Part shown: positions 1 to 7,444 of the stretch, one piece after another | Layout: every line of letters starts with the position of its first letter | How positions within the stretch are numbered: position 1 is the first letter of the stretch | Origin: Promethearchaeota archaeon | GTDB lineage: Archaea; Asgardarchaeota; Lokiarchaeia; Sigyniarchaeales; SOKP01 | Assembly: GCA_011364975.1 (NCBI GenBank) | Contig: RDOE01000071.1 | Coordinates: 1-16,807 of the forward strand | DNA: 16,807 nucleotides | Direction of reading: 5' to 3' | Notes under the pieces: generated by a model | What the model saw: only the letters and a program-made list of their open reading frames with translations | Database searches by the model: none | Told to the model about the DNA's origin: nothing | Position numbers and translations under genes: made by a program

Positions 1-2
1 AT

Positions 3-2144
3 GCTGATAAATTAGGTTTAAAGAATGGTGGATCTGTAGAGGTAGAAAATCCAGATAATAAAAAAAAAACATCAGCAGTTATTGAAATTTCTAATATGGT
101 TTTGGATTTTGCAGGTCAAGTATCACGAAATATTATTGATACTCTTGAATTTACCGGTGTAGAATTAATTATTAGACCCATAAGTAGTACAGGTCTAGCA
201 GCTCCAAAATTGCAAGTTCCTAAGGTTCCTTCAACGCAGCCTCAACCTCGCGGTCAACCATCTCTAACACCGCTTCCCTCTAAACCCCCTGTATCAACAC
301 CAATCCGGACAACTCCGCAACCAACTTCTGCACCAATACCACAAACACCTCCCGCTCCTGAACCTAAACCAGTTCCGACACCAATTCCTCAAGTTCAACC
401 TACACCTAAACCCATACCTCAGCCAATGCCTCAACCAACGCAACTACCAAGACCAATGCCAATACCTCAGCCAATTCCCACACCACCCCCTATGCCTCAA
501 GTCCCCCCACCAAGACCTCCTCCTGGACAATACCAACAACCTCTTGCATCCCAAGATATGGGTATTAGCGCACCTCCTCCAGAACCTTATCCCAATAAAA
601 TTGATGTCAACATACTAAGTAGTCAAAAAAATGGACTTGTCCTTACAGCAGTGGTAGACGATTCTATCGAAGGAGGTAGAGTAAAAATTAACAGTATGAT
701 AACGCAACAGCTAGGACTCGGTCAAGGCATGTTAATTGCGTGGGAAGACCCAATTACAAGAGCTATGGGATCGGCTAGAATTGATATAGCTCCTGTAGGG
801 CCTTCGGAAATTAGAATGAGTCGTGATACTAAAGAAGACACAAACGTTATTTCTCAACAGATAGTTGTATATTCGACTGAACCACCTATTCAACAAGCCT
901 CAGAAATCATGTTGGAAGTTCAATCACAACCAAATCTTATGGGGTATGCTTTGGTAAGCCCAAGAACGCAACATACGTTATCACTCGTTCAAGACAATAT
1001 CTTGGCTTTCGAGGATGAGCTTACTGGAGCGATTGCCGCAGGAAAAGTGGAAATTTTGGAGTCCGTTCCAGATAATGCCATCATTATTGATAGCGAAATT
1101 CTGGAAGCTTCAGGTATTGGGAGTTTTGAAGTAAAAGTATATAAAAACCTAAGACCAATTATTCCTTTACAAAACATTTCATTAGGTATTTCCCCTATAT
1201 CTGGTGAAAATATGTGGGAAATTATAAGTACTGCTCGTCAGAATGTTGATTCTTTAAAAGGATGGTTATCTAATTATATTATTTTTAAAGGAATCAAATT
1301 AAGATGGAATGCAGTTAATATTGCTTGTTCCATTATTTCTACGGTTCCTGATTTAACTGGAGATGTTTTAGCACAAGTAACTCAAAACACAGCCATTAAT
1401 CTTACCCCTACTGGTTTAGTACCCTTTAATGCTATATTGATCATCGATATCAGCCGCTCGATGATGGCGAGGGATGTATATGTTCAAAATATAGCTCCCG
1501 CTATAGAAGGAATTAAAGCAGCCATGGAATCTCGAGAAATTCAAGAATTTCTAAAACATTTTAAAGCAGGTATTAATATCCCAAGAAGAATTTCCGCTGC
1601 ATTTGCAGCAGTATTATTTTTAAGTGAAAAAGTCGGAAGAGGTTTTGGAGAAAAAGTTTCAGTTATACGTTTTGCTGATGAGGCTCAAGTGCTTCCTTTT
1701 CAAAGCAGTTTCTATATGGATTCAGCAAGTGGTAAGAAGGGCGTATTAGAAGAGGCTGCGACAATGATTGTCGATAGAATAGGTAATGCGTATGGACAGG
1801 CTACCAATATGGGGCAAGCAATGGTAAAAGCGCATCAAGTCCTCACAGAGTTTGAAAAAATGAATCCAGACCAACCTACTATGATAGTACTTCTTACGGA
1901 TGGAGTTCCAACTGACGGAGATGAGTTTTTCAAATCTGTAAAAGTTTTCGCAGGCATGAATAATGTGATTTTATACATTGTTGGATTAGGAAACCCAGAT
2001 GATGATCTTATGACACGTGCAGCACAATTATGTGGCGGAGAATATTTCAAACCTGAAGATGCAGGAGAACTTTTAATTTGGTATTCAAAACGTGCTAGAG
2101 ATTTAACTGTAAAAATGAAATCTCATAAAGGAGAATTACAATAA
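3..2144 (+). CDS. 5'-truncated multidomain protein: Cdc48/NSF-N-like double-psi beta-barrel repeats + Pro/Gln-rich linker + C-terminal von Willebrand factor A domain
   Basis: The frame of the 96..2144 ORF has no stop back to the window edge (3..95 reads ADKLGLKNGGSVEVENPDNKKKTSAVIEISN), so the true start probably lies upstream. vWA motifs: ILIIDISRSM (DxSxS at 1446-1460), VSVIRFADEA, ATNMGQAM, MIVLLTDGVP, LYIVGLG, AAQLCGGEYF. Three similar barrel-like units: KLGLKNGGSVEVENP, QLGLGQGMLIAWEDP, TLSLVQDNILAFEDE. The vWA call is strong; the barrel assignment is by eye. Confidence 0.8.
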   Translation, partial: ADKLGLKNGGSVEVENPDNKKKTSAVIEISNMVLDFAGQVSRNIIDTLEFTGVELIIRPISSTGLAAPKLQVPKVPSTQPQPRGQPSLTPLPSKPPVSTPIRTTPQPTSAPIPQTPPAPEPKPVPTPIPQVQPTPKPIPQPMPQPTQLPRPMPIPQPIPTPPPMPQVPPPRPPPGQYQQPLASQDMGISAPPPEPYPNKIDVNILSSQKNGLVLTAVVDDSIEGGRVKINSMITQQLGLGQGMLIAWEDPITRAMGSARIDIAPVGPSEIRMSRDTKEDTNVISQQIVVYSTEPPIQQASEIMLEVQSQPNLMGYALVSPRTQHTLSLVQDNILAFEDELTGAIAAGKVEILESVPDNAIIIDSEILEASGIGSFEVKVYKNLRPIIPLQNISLGISPISGENMWEIISTARQNVDSLKGWLSNYIIFKGIKLRWNAVNIACSIISTVPDLTGDVLAQVTQNTAINLTPTGLVPFNAILIIDISRSMMARDVYVQNIAPAIEGIKAAMESREIQEFLKHFKAGINIPRRISAAFAAVLFLSEKVGRGFGEKVSVIRFADEAQVLPFQSSFYMDSASGKKGVLEEAATMIVDRIGNAYGQATNMGQAMVKAHQVLTEFEKMNPDQPTMIVLLTDGVPTDGDEFFKSVKVFAGMNNVILYIVGLGNPDDDLMTRAAQLCGGEYFKPEDAGELLIWYSKRARDLTVKMKSHKGELQ
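201..593 (+). repeat. Proline/glutamine-rich low-complexity coding region with (P-X)n periodicity and polyproline runs
   Basis: Translation includes PEPKPVPTPIPQVQPTPKPIPQPMPQPTQLPRPMPIPQPIPTPPPMPQVPPPRPPPG. The DNA is C-rich with repeated CCA/CCT codons, unlike the rest of the window. Confidence 0.9.
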
Positions 2145-2312
2145 TCTTAGAATAATATTCATTATCCGTATATAATGATTCTAAACTTGTATTTGTCATT
2201 TATCATCTATAGCTTAATTTTTTAAAAAATTCTATTTAAAGATGATTACCAGAAGGAACAGTGTTTTTCTAAATCTTTTTTTTTTACGAATTATATTATA
2301 GTACGATAAGCT

Positions 2313-4766
2313 ATGGAAAATGATAATCAACTTCCCATTTATAAAAACAATGCTCAACCCATCAACCAAAGAGTTGAAGATCTAATCTCAAGAATGACAC
2401 TTGAAGAAAAAGTAGCTCAATTAGGTTCCAGATATTCAAATGAGTTAATAGATTCGAATGGTTTATCTGAGGAGAAATTAGAGCGCTATTTGAAAAATGG
2501 AATTGGCCAAATTACACGGATAGGGGGGGCATTAAATCTTGTACCTGAGGAAATCCCTAAATACGCTAACGCAATCCAGCATTTTTTATTGGAAAGAACT
2601 CGTTTAGGTATTCCTGCGATAATGCATGAAGAATGTTTATGTGGATATACTTCAAGAGGAGCCACGGTTTTTCCACAAATTATTGGAGTTGCATCAACGT
2701 GGAACCCTAATTTAGTTGAGAAGATGACATCAATCATAAGAACTCAAATGAGAGTTGTTGGAGCTCACCAAGGTCTCTCTCCTGTACTTGATATCGCTCG
2801 TGATCCCCGTTGGGGAAGAACAGAAGAAACCTTTGGGGAGGATCCTTATTTAGTGTCAAAAATGGGGGTAAGTTATGTTAAAGGACTTCAAGGAGATTCT
2901 TTGGAAACTGGAATCATGGCAACCGCAAAACACTTTTTAGGATATGGATATACTCTAGGAGGACGAAATTGGGGCCCCTCATTGATCCCTAAGAGAGAGT
3001 TATTAGAGGTATTTGCCCGTCCATTTGAAGCGGCGATTCAAGAGGGGAAAATTGGTTCAGTTATGAATTCTTATAGTGAAATTGACGGCCTACCATGCGG
3101 ATTTTCACATAAAATATTAACAAAACTTTTACGAGATAAGCTGGGTTTTGATGGATTAGTGGTATCTGACTATGGCACAATTGCTTTGGCCTCAAGATTA
3201 CATGGAATTAGTTCGGATCAAACAAAAGCAGCGATTATGGCCTTAGAGGCTGGTCTTGATGTTGAATTACCAACCACAAGTGGTTACGGAAGGGCGTTTG
3301 TAAGAGCTATAAAAAAAGGGGAAGTAAATGAAGAGCTTGTAAATCGCTCGGTAGCGAGAGTTTTAAAAAAAAAGTTTGAGCTTGGTTTATTTGAAAATCC
3401 ATTTGTGGAAGAGGAAAAAGAATTGATAGAGCAATTTTTTTCTAATCATAAAAACAAAGAATTAGCTCATAGAATTGCTCGAGAATCAATAATTTTATTA
3501 AAAAATGAAGATGGACTGCTACCGTTAAAGAAAACATTAAAATCCATTGGAATAATTGGACCAAATGCTGACAGTGTTCGAAATTTATTTGGAGATTATA
3601 CCTTTTTGAGCCAATTTGAATTAGAAGTAGTTAACATCGCTGGTTATCGCCAAGTTACTAAGGAACAAGATTATTTATTTAAAGAGTTATTAGCAAGTAA
3701 AGATCCTGAAGCATTTGCACGAAAAATTTATAACTCTCAGAGCGTGCTAGAAGCGATAAGGGCGAAAGTTTCATCTACAACAACAGTATTATATACTAAG
3801 GGTTGTGAAATTTTGAGTAATGATAAAAGCGGGTTTAAGGAAGCCATTGATATTGCTAGGGAATCTGAAGTAGTTATTCTGATATTAGGTGAGAAGTCAG
3901 GTTTAGTACAAGATTGTACTACAGGTGAATCGCGAGACAGAACTAATATAGACCTTCCGGGAGTTCAAGAAGACTTAATGAAAGAGATCTATGCTTTAGG
4001 AATACCTATTATATTAGTTTTAATAAACGGAAGACCATTATCAATATCATGGGCGAAAGAGCACATTTCTGCGATAGTAGAAGCATGGCTTCCGGGTGAA
4101 CAAGGTGCCATAGCGATAGCTGAGGTTCTTTTTGGAGATTATAACCCTGGGGGAAAATTACCAATTTCCATTCCAAGACATGTGGGCCAGATACCCATTT
4201 ATCATAATTGTAAACCTACTGGCAATCTTTCTGTTTGGTCTTGGAACTATGTTGAGGAAAATACTACACCACTTTTTCCTTTTGGTTATGGTTTAAGTTA
4301 TACTACTTTTGAGTATAATAATTTGCATATTAACAAATCTGAAGTATCAATTGAGGATTCAATCGAAATTTCGGTAGATTTGAAGAATGTTGGAAGCGTT
4401 CCTGGAGATGAGGTTGTTCAATTATACTTAAAAGATAAAGAAGCTAAGGTCACTCGCCCTTTAGAAGAACTTTTCGGATTTAAAAGGATTAATTTAAAAC
4501 CTGAAGAGAAGATTACTATAACTTTTGAAATTCCAATCAAACAATTAGCATTTTATAATGAAAAAATGGAATATGTTGTAGAACCAGGCTTAATATATGT
4601 CTATATAGGAAGTATCCATAGTAATTTTGATTCCAGACCGTTAAGTTTAGATGAGCTTTTCTCACAAAAAGATGTAAAATTGAAAGGACAGTTTAAAATA
4701 GTTGGAAAACCCGAGAAGGTAATTGGAAAAAAGACTTTTTTTTCTGATGTGAGAGTTAAGCTTTAA
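2313..4766 (+). CDS. Glycoside hydrolase family 3 (BglX-like beta-glucosidase/beta-xylosidase) with C-terminal fibronectin-III-like domain
   Basis: GH3 motifs: MTLEEKVAQL, RLGIP, HEECLCG, ATVFPQ, RDPRWGRTEETFGEDPYL, TAKHF, GLVVSDY (nucleophile Asp), GESRDR, PGGKLPIS, PLFPFGYGLSYTTF, GDEVVQLY. No obvious signal peptide, so probably cytoplasmic. Confidence 0.95.
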   Translation: MENDNQLPIYKNNAQPINQRVEDLISRMTLEEKVAQLGSRYSNELIDSNGLSEEKLERYLKNGIGQITRIGGALNLVPEEIPKYANAIQHFLLERTRLGIPAIMHEECLCGYTSRGATVFPQIIGVASTWNPNLVEKMTSIIRTQMRVVGAHQGLSPVLDIARDPRWGRTEETFGEDPYLVSKMGVSYVKGLQGDSLETGIMATAKHFLGYGYTLGGRNWGPSLIPKRELLEVFARPFEAAIQEGKIGSVMNSYSEIDGLPCGFSHKILTKLLRDKLGFDGLVVSDYGTIALASRLHGISSDQTKAAIMALEAGLDVELPTTSGYGRAFVRAIKKGEVNEELVNRSVARVLKKKFELGLFENPFVEEEKELIEQFFSNHKNKELAHRIARESIILLKNEDGLLPLKKTLKSIGIIGPNADSVRNLFGDYTFLSQFELEVVNIAGYRQVTKEQDYLFKELLASKDPEAFARKIYNSQSVLEAIRAKVSSTTTVLYTKGCEILSNDKSGFKEAIDIARESEVVILILGEKSGLVQDCTTGESRDRTNIDLPGVQEDLMKEIYALGIPIILVLINGRPLSISWAKEHISAIVEAWLPGEQGAIAIAEVLFGDYNPGGKLPISIPRHVGQIPIYHNCKPTGNLSVWSWNYVEENTTPLFPFGYGLSYTTFEYNNLHINKSEVSIEDSIEISVDLKNVGSVPGDEVVQLYLKDKEAKVTRPLEELFGFKRINLKPEEKITITFEIPIKQLAFYNEKMEYVVEPGLIYVYIGSIHSNFDSRPLSLDELFSQKDVKLKGQFKIVGKPEKVIGKKTFFSDVRVKL

Positions 4767-4780
4767 TTCTAACTTAAAAA

Positions 4781-4802
4781 TTCTATTTCTTTCAATTTTT
4801 TT
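4781..4802 (+). terminator. Possible archaeal oligo-T terminator after the GH3 gene
   Basis: ttctatttctttcaattttttt lies 15-36 nt after the stop codon. Weak evidence given the AT-rich background. Confidence 0.35.
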
Positions 4803-4835
4803 AATAATAAATTTTCTTTAATGCGATTATTATTC

Positions 4836-4850
4836 TATAAAATTTTTATA
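4836..4850 (+). promoter_or_regulatory. Candidate TATA box (TTTTTATA) within an AT palindrome upstream of the AbrB-ACT gene
   Basis: tataaaa-t-ttttata is an inverted repeat about 70 nt upstream of the ATG at 4921 and contains an archaeal TATA-like TTTATA. Low complexity. Confidence 0.3.
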
Positions 4851-4920
4851 CTTAAAATTTAATAATAATTATAAGAAAAGTTAAGAGTGAAAAAATCACT
4901 GTTTAATCTGCGTATATATT

Positions 4921-5328
4921 ATGACTAAAAAAACTTATATCATAACGATCGATGATCGTGGACGTATTGTCATCCCGAAACAAGCCAGAAATGATTTAGG
5001 AATAACTACAAATTCTCAATTAATGATGGTAAGCGATTCTGAAGTAAAAGAAATGAAAATTTCTCCAATAGGGTTAAAAGGAGAGGGAAACCTTATAAAA
5101 TTAAAAATTACCATGAAAGATATTCCTGGAGCACTAGCAAAACTAGCGACTCTTTTTGGTGATCTTAAATTAAGTATGATGTATAGTGAAGCTGTTATTG
5201 TTGAGAAGGATAAGACCGCAGTGTGGACAGTTATTTCAGAAAGTCCCGAATCTCCTTTAGAGGATCTTGAAAATATTTTAAAGGAAAAGGGAAATGCTAT
5301 AAAAGTTGAATTTTTACCTTTAGAATAA
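4921..5328 (+). CDS. AbrB/MazE/SpoVT-type DNA-binding domain fused to an ACT ligand-binding domain (transcription regulator)
   Basis: N-terminal ITIDDRGRIVIPKQARNDLGI is the swapped-hairpin AbrB signature. LKITMKDIPGALAKLATLFGDLKLSM matches the ACT pattern (DxPGxLxxl). Confidence 0.88.
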   Translation: MTKKTYIITIDDRGRIVIPKQARNDLGITTNSQLMMVSDSEVKEMKISPIGLKGEGNLIKLKITMKDIPGALAKLATLFGDLKLSMMYSEAVIVEKDKTAVWTVISESPESPLEDLENILKEKGNAIKVEFLPLE

Positions 5329-5362
5329 GTGAAAACACAATTTAATAGAGAGAAGTTTATAT

Positions 5363-6196
5363 ATGGCTAAAAAGAAAAAAAAAGATAAATTGACTGCTGA
5401 GGATATAATTTCAAATTATACCTTAGACTCTGCATTAAAAACATCAAAAACAACTGAATCAACCTTACATAATCTTTTACAAACTGTATCAGAAGACAAA
5501 GGTTTTATAACCCCAAAAGAAGAGGAAGTACGTATTGAGCCTCAATTATCATATGAAACGAAGAGGAAAATAGCGGAAGATTATTTACTCGAAGATAAAC
5601 CTCTTTCTGAAAGAGAACCCGTTGAAGAACGCTCTAAGATTAAAATAACTCCTTCTGAAGAAATTAAGTCTGATATTCAGCAAGATAAGGCTCTTAAAGC
5701 TGGGATTCAATCGGAAGAAAAGCCTAAGTCTGAAGCCCAAACAAATGAGAAGCCTAAAACTGAAATCCAATCAGGAGAAGAACCAGTTATAGCAGAAACC
5801 ATGAAAAAGGAACCCCATTTTTCTAAAAAAGATAGTATCTATGCCAAACTTGCAAAATTTTTTGAAGAATTATTTGAAGGGTATTTAGAACGATACGATC
5901 GTTGGGAATATTCCATTTCTTCAATTCTTTCAATCTTGAGAAAGATGAGAAAAATTACCAAAAAGAATTCAGAAGATTTAGTTCAATCAATTGATAATAT
6001 GTATAAAACTATTCAATTTAACTTAGAAAATTTTAAGTTAAAAAGGGATGAGGTGGAAAGAATTGCCGATGTAGATGTTGAGTCTATGTCTAGCGAATTC
6101 AAGAAAGTGTTAGGATTACTGGAGTTACAAGTTAAAGAATATCAATTTAAACTTTTAACTGATGAATATGTCCGAGAGAATAATCCTATAATGTAA
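5363..6196 (+). CDS. Hypothetical protein: basic N-terminus, charged disordered middle with 10-aa repeats, amphipathic helical C-terminal domain
   Basis: 277-aa ORF, 34 nt after the AbrB-ACT gene and 48 nt before the actin-like gene. Starts MAKKKKKDK. The last ~120 aa have helical/coiled-coil-like hydrophobic periodicity. Confidence 0.8.
   Translation: MAKKKKKDKLTAEDIISNYTLDSALKTSKTTESTLHNLLQTVSEDKGFITPKEEEVRIEPQLSYETKRKIAEDYLLEDKPLSEREPVEERSKIKITPSEEIKSDIQQDKALKAGIQSEEKPKSEAQTNEKPKTEIQSGEEPVIAETMKKEPHFSKKDSIYAKLAKFFEELFEGYLERYDRWEYSISSILSILRKMRKITKKNSEDLVQSIDNMYKTIQFNLENFKLKRDEVERIADVDVESMSSEFKKVLGLLELQVKEYQFKLLTDEYVRENNPIM
5666..5785 (+). repeat. Four degenerate in-frame 30-nt tandem repeats
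   Basis: KSDIQQDKAL / KAGIQSEEKP / KSEAQTNEKP / KTEIQSGEEP. DNA units begin aagtctga, aaagctgg, aagtctga, aaaactga, and two end in aagcct. Confidence 0.7.
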
Positions 6197-6244
6197 ATTA
6201 AATAACTTAATTTCTTTAAATTTAAACAATCTATAATAACTGTT

Positions 6245-7414
6245 ATGTCCCAAACGGAAAATGATAATGTACGTCCATTAATATTAGAATTTGGTACTGA
6301 TACATTTAGAATGGGTTTTGCAGGAGATGATTTCCCCGATATAATAGCACCAAGTATCTATGTCAATATCTCAGATTATTTATTTAATTCAGATATAATA
6401 AATGGTTTGGAAGAGATTTACACCAATCCGATCAAGAGTTCTGAGCTTGTGGGTCATGAAGCTTTAAAGTATCAAAATATACTAAAATTGCATGAATTCA
6501 AGAAAGAAAATAATTATAACATTCTAATGAAATTTTTCATGCATTACTATTTTATGTTAAAAATTCCTCAAGAACTTCAATTTCAACAACCATTGATTAT
6601 ATTAAGTCCATTCCATACCTCTGAAATTGAAAAATCAAAATTGCAGGAAATATTTCTTAATTTATTGAACTTTCCATCTTTAATGTATTTATCAGAATCT
6701 CAAGCTATTCTCTCTACTCTTCAAAAAGCTAGTGGAGTAATAGTGAACATGGGTGAAACATATACTTACATCTCATCAATTTTCCATGGATTTACTAATA
6801 TTATGGCACGTGATTTATTTCCAATCGCCGGAAAAGATCTTACTGATTATTTACTAAGCTTAATTGTAAGTAAAATAGGTTCGAGTAAAAGTATTTATAT
6901 TGATTCTATGATCGCCAAAGAAATTAAAGAAAAATTATCATTATGCGTGTCAAATCCAAAAGAAGAGAAAAGACGAGTAAAAGAGGGATTAACAAAATAT
7001 GATAGAATTGTTGATTTACCAGATGCTACTCAGTTAAAATTGAATTTAGAACGTTTTTTATTGTCCGAACCATTATTTAATCCTAAATTAATTCATATTG
7101 ATTATATTGGGATTGCTGAGGCCGTATCTAAAGTAATAAAGACTTGGGATCGTGAAAATTGGGAATCCTTATTACCAAATATAATACTTTCGGGAGGTAC
7201 AAGCTTAATTCCAGGATTTAATGAACGATTAGAACTTGAATTGCAAAAGTTTTTTTCAGACAAATTAAGGAGTAAAATAAAAGTTATAGCACCATCAGGT
7301 CGGGAAAATATGAGCTGGATCGGCGCATCCATTTTATACTCTAAGGATCAACTGAAAAAAGGTTGGATTGTGAATTCAAATAATAATAATTTAAAATTTT
7401 CATCAGAGGATTAA
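6245..7414 (+). CDS. Divergent actin-related protein (Asgard ARP-like; eukaryotic actin family rather than MreB/FtsA)
   Basis: Collinear with actin: LILEFGTDTFRMGFAGDDFP (cf. [20 protein letters not shown]), LVGHEA (YVGDEA), IAGKDLTDYL (LAGRDLTDYL), EIKEKL (DIKEKL), LPDATQLKLNLERF..EPLFNP (LPDGQVITIGNERF..ETLFQP), IILSGGTSLIPG (VLSGGTTMYPG), IKVIAP..SWIGASIL (IKIIAP..VWIGGSIL). Confidence 0.93.
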   Translation: MSQTENDNVRPLILEFGTDTFRMGFAGDDFPDIIAPSIYVNISDYLFNSDIINGLEEIYTNPIKSSELVGHEALKYQNILKLHEFKKENNYNILMKFFMHYYFMLKIPQELQFQQPLIILSPFHTSEIEKSKLQEIFLNLLNFPSLMYLSESQAILSTLQKASGVIVNMGETYTYISSIFHGFTNIMARDLFPIAGKDLTDYLLSLIVSKIGSSKSIYIDSMIAKEIKEKLSLCVSNPKEEKRRVKEGLTKYDRIVDLPDATQLKLNLERFLLSEPLFNPKLIHIDYIGIAEAVSKVIKTWDRENWESLLPNIILSGGTSLIPGFNERLELELQKFFSDKLRSKIKVIAPSGRENMSWIGASILYSKDQLKKGWIVNSNNNNLKFSSED

Positions 7415-7444
7415 GCTAAATGATCCAGATTGTGAGAATTTAAT

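Noticed and set aside
96-98. ATG at 96 as the start of the first gene
   Set aside because: The frame is open to the window edge and the upstream residues continue the barrel-like repeat, so the start is probably outside the window.
3-2144. Sec23/Sec24 homologue (Pro-rich region + vWA trunk)
   Set aside because: There is no CxxC zinc finger before the vWA and no beta-sandwich, helical or gelsolin domains after it; the protein ends right after the vWA.
2216-2231. Perfect 16-bp palindrome aattttttaaaaaatt between the vWA and GH3 genes
   Set aside because: It consists only of A/T homopolymers in a very AT-rich gap and is expected by chance. It may simply be part of a T-tract terminator.
5666-5785. 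30-nt repeats as a CRISPR-like array
   Set aside because: The repeats are degenerate, directly tandem with no spacers, and in frame inside a CDS.
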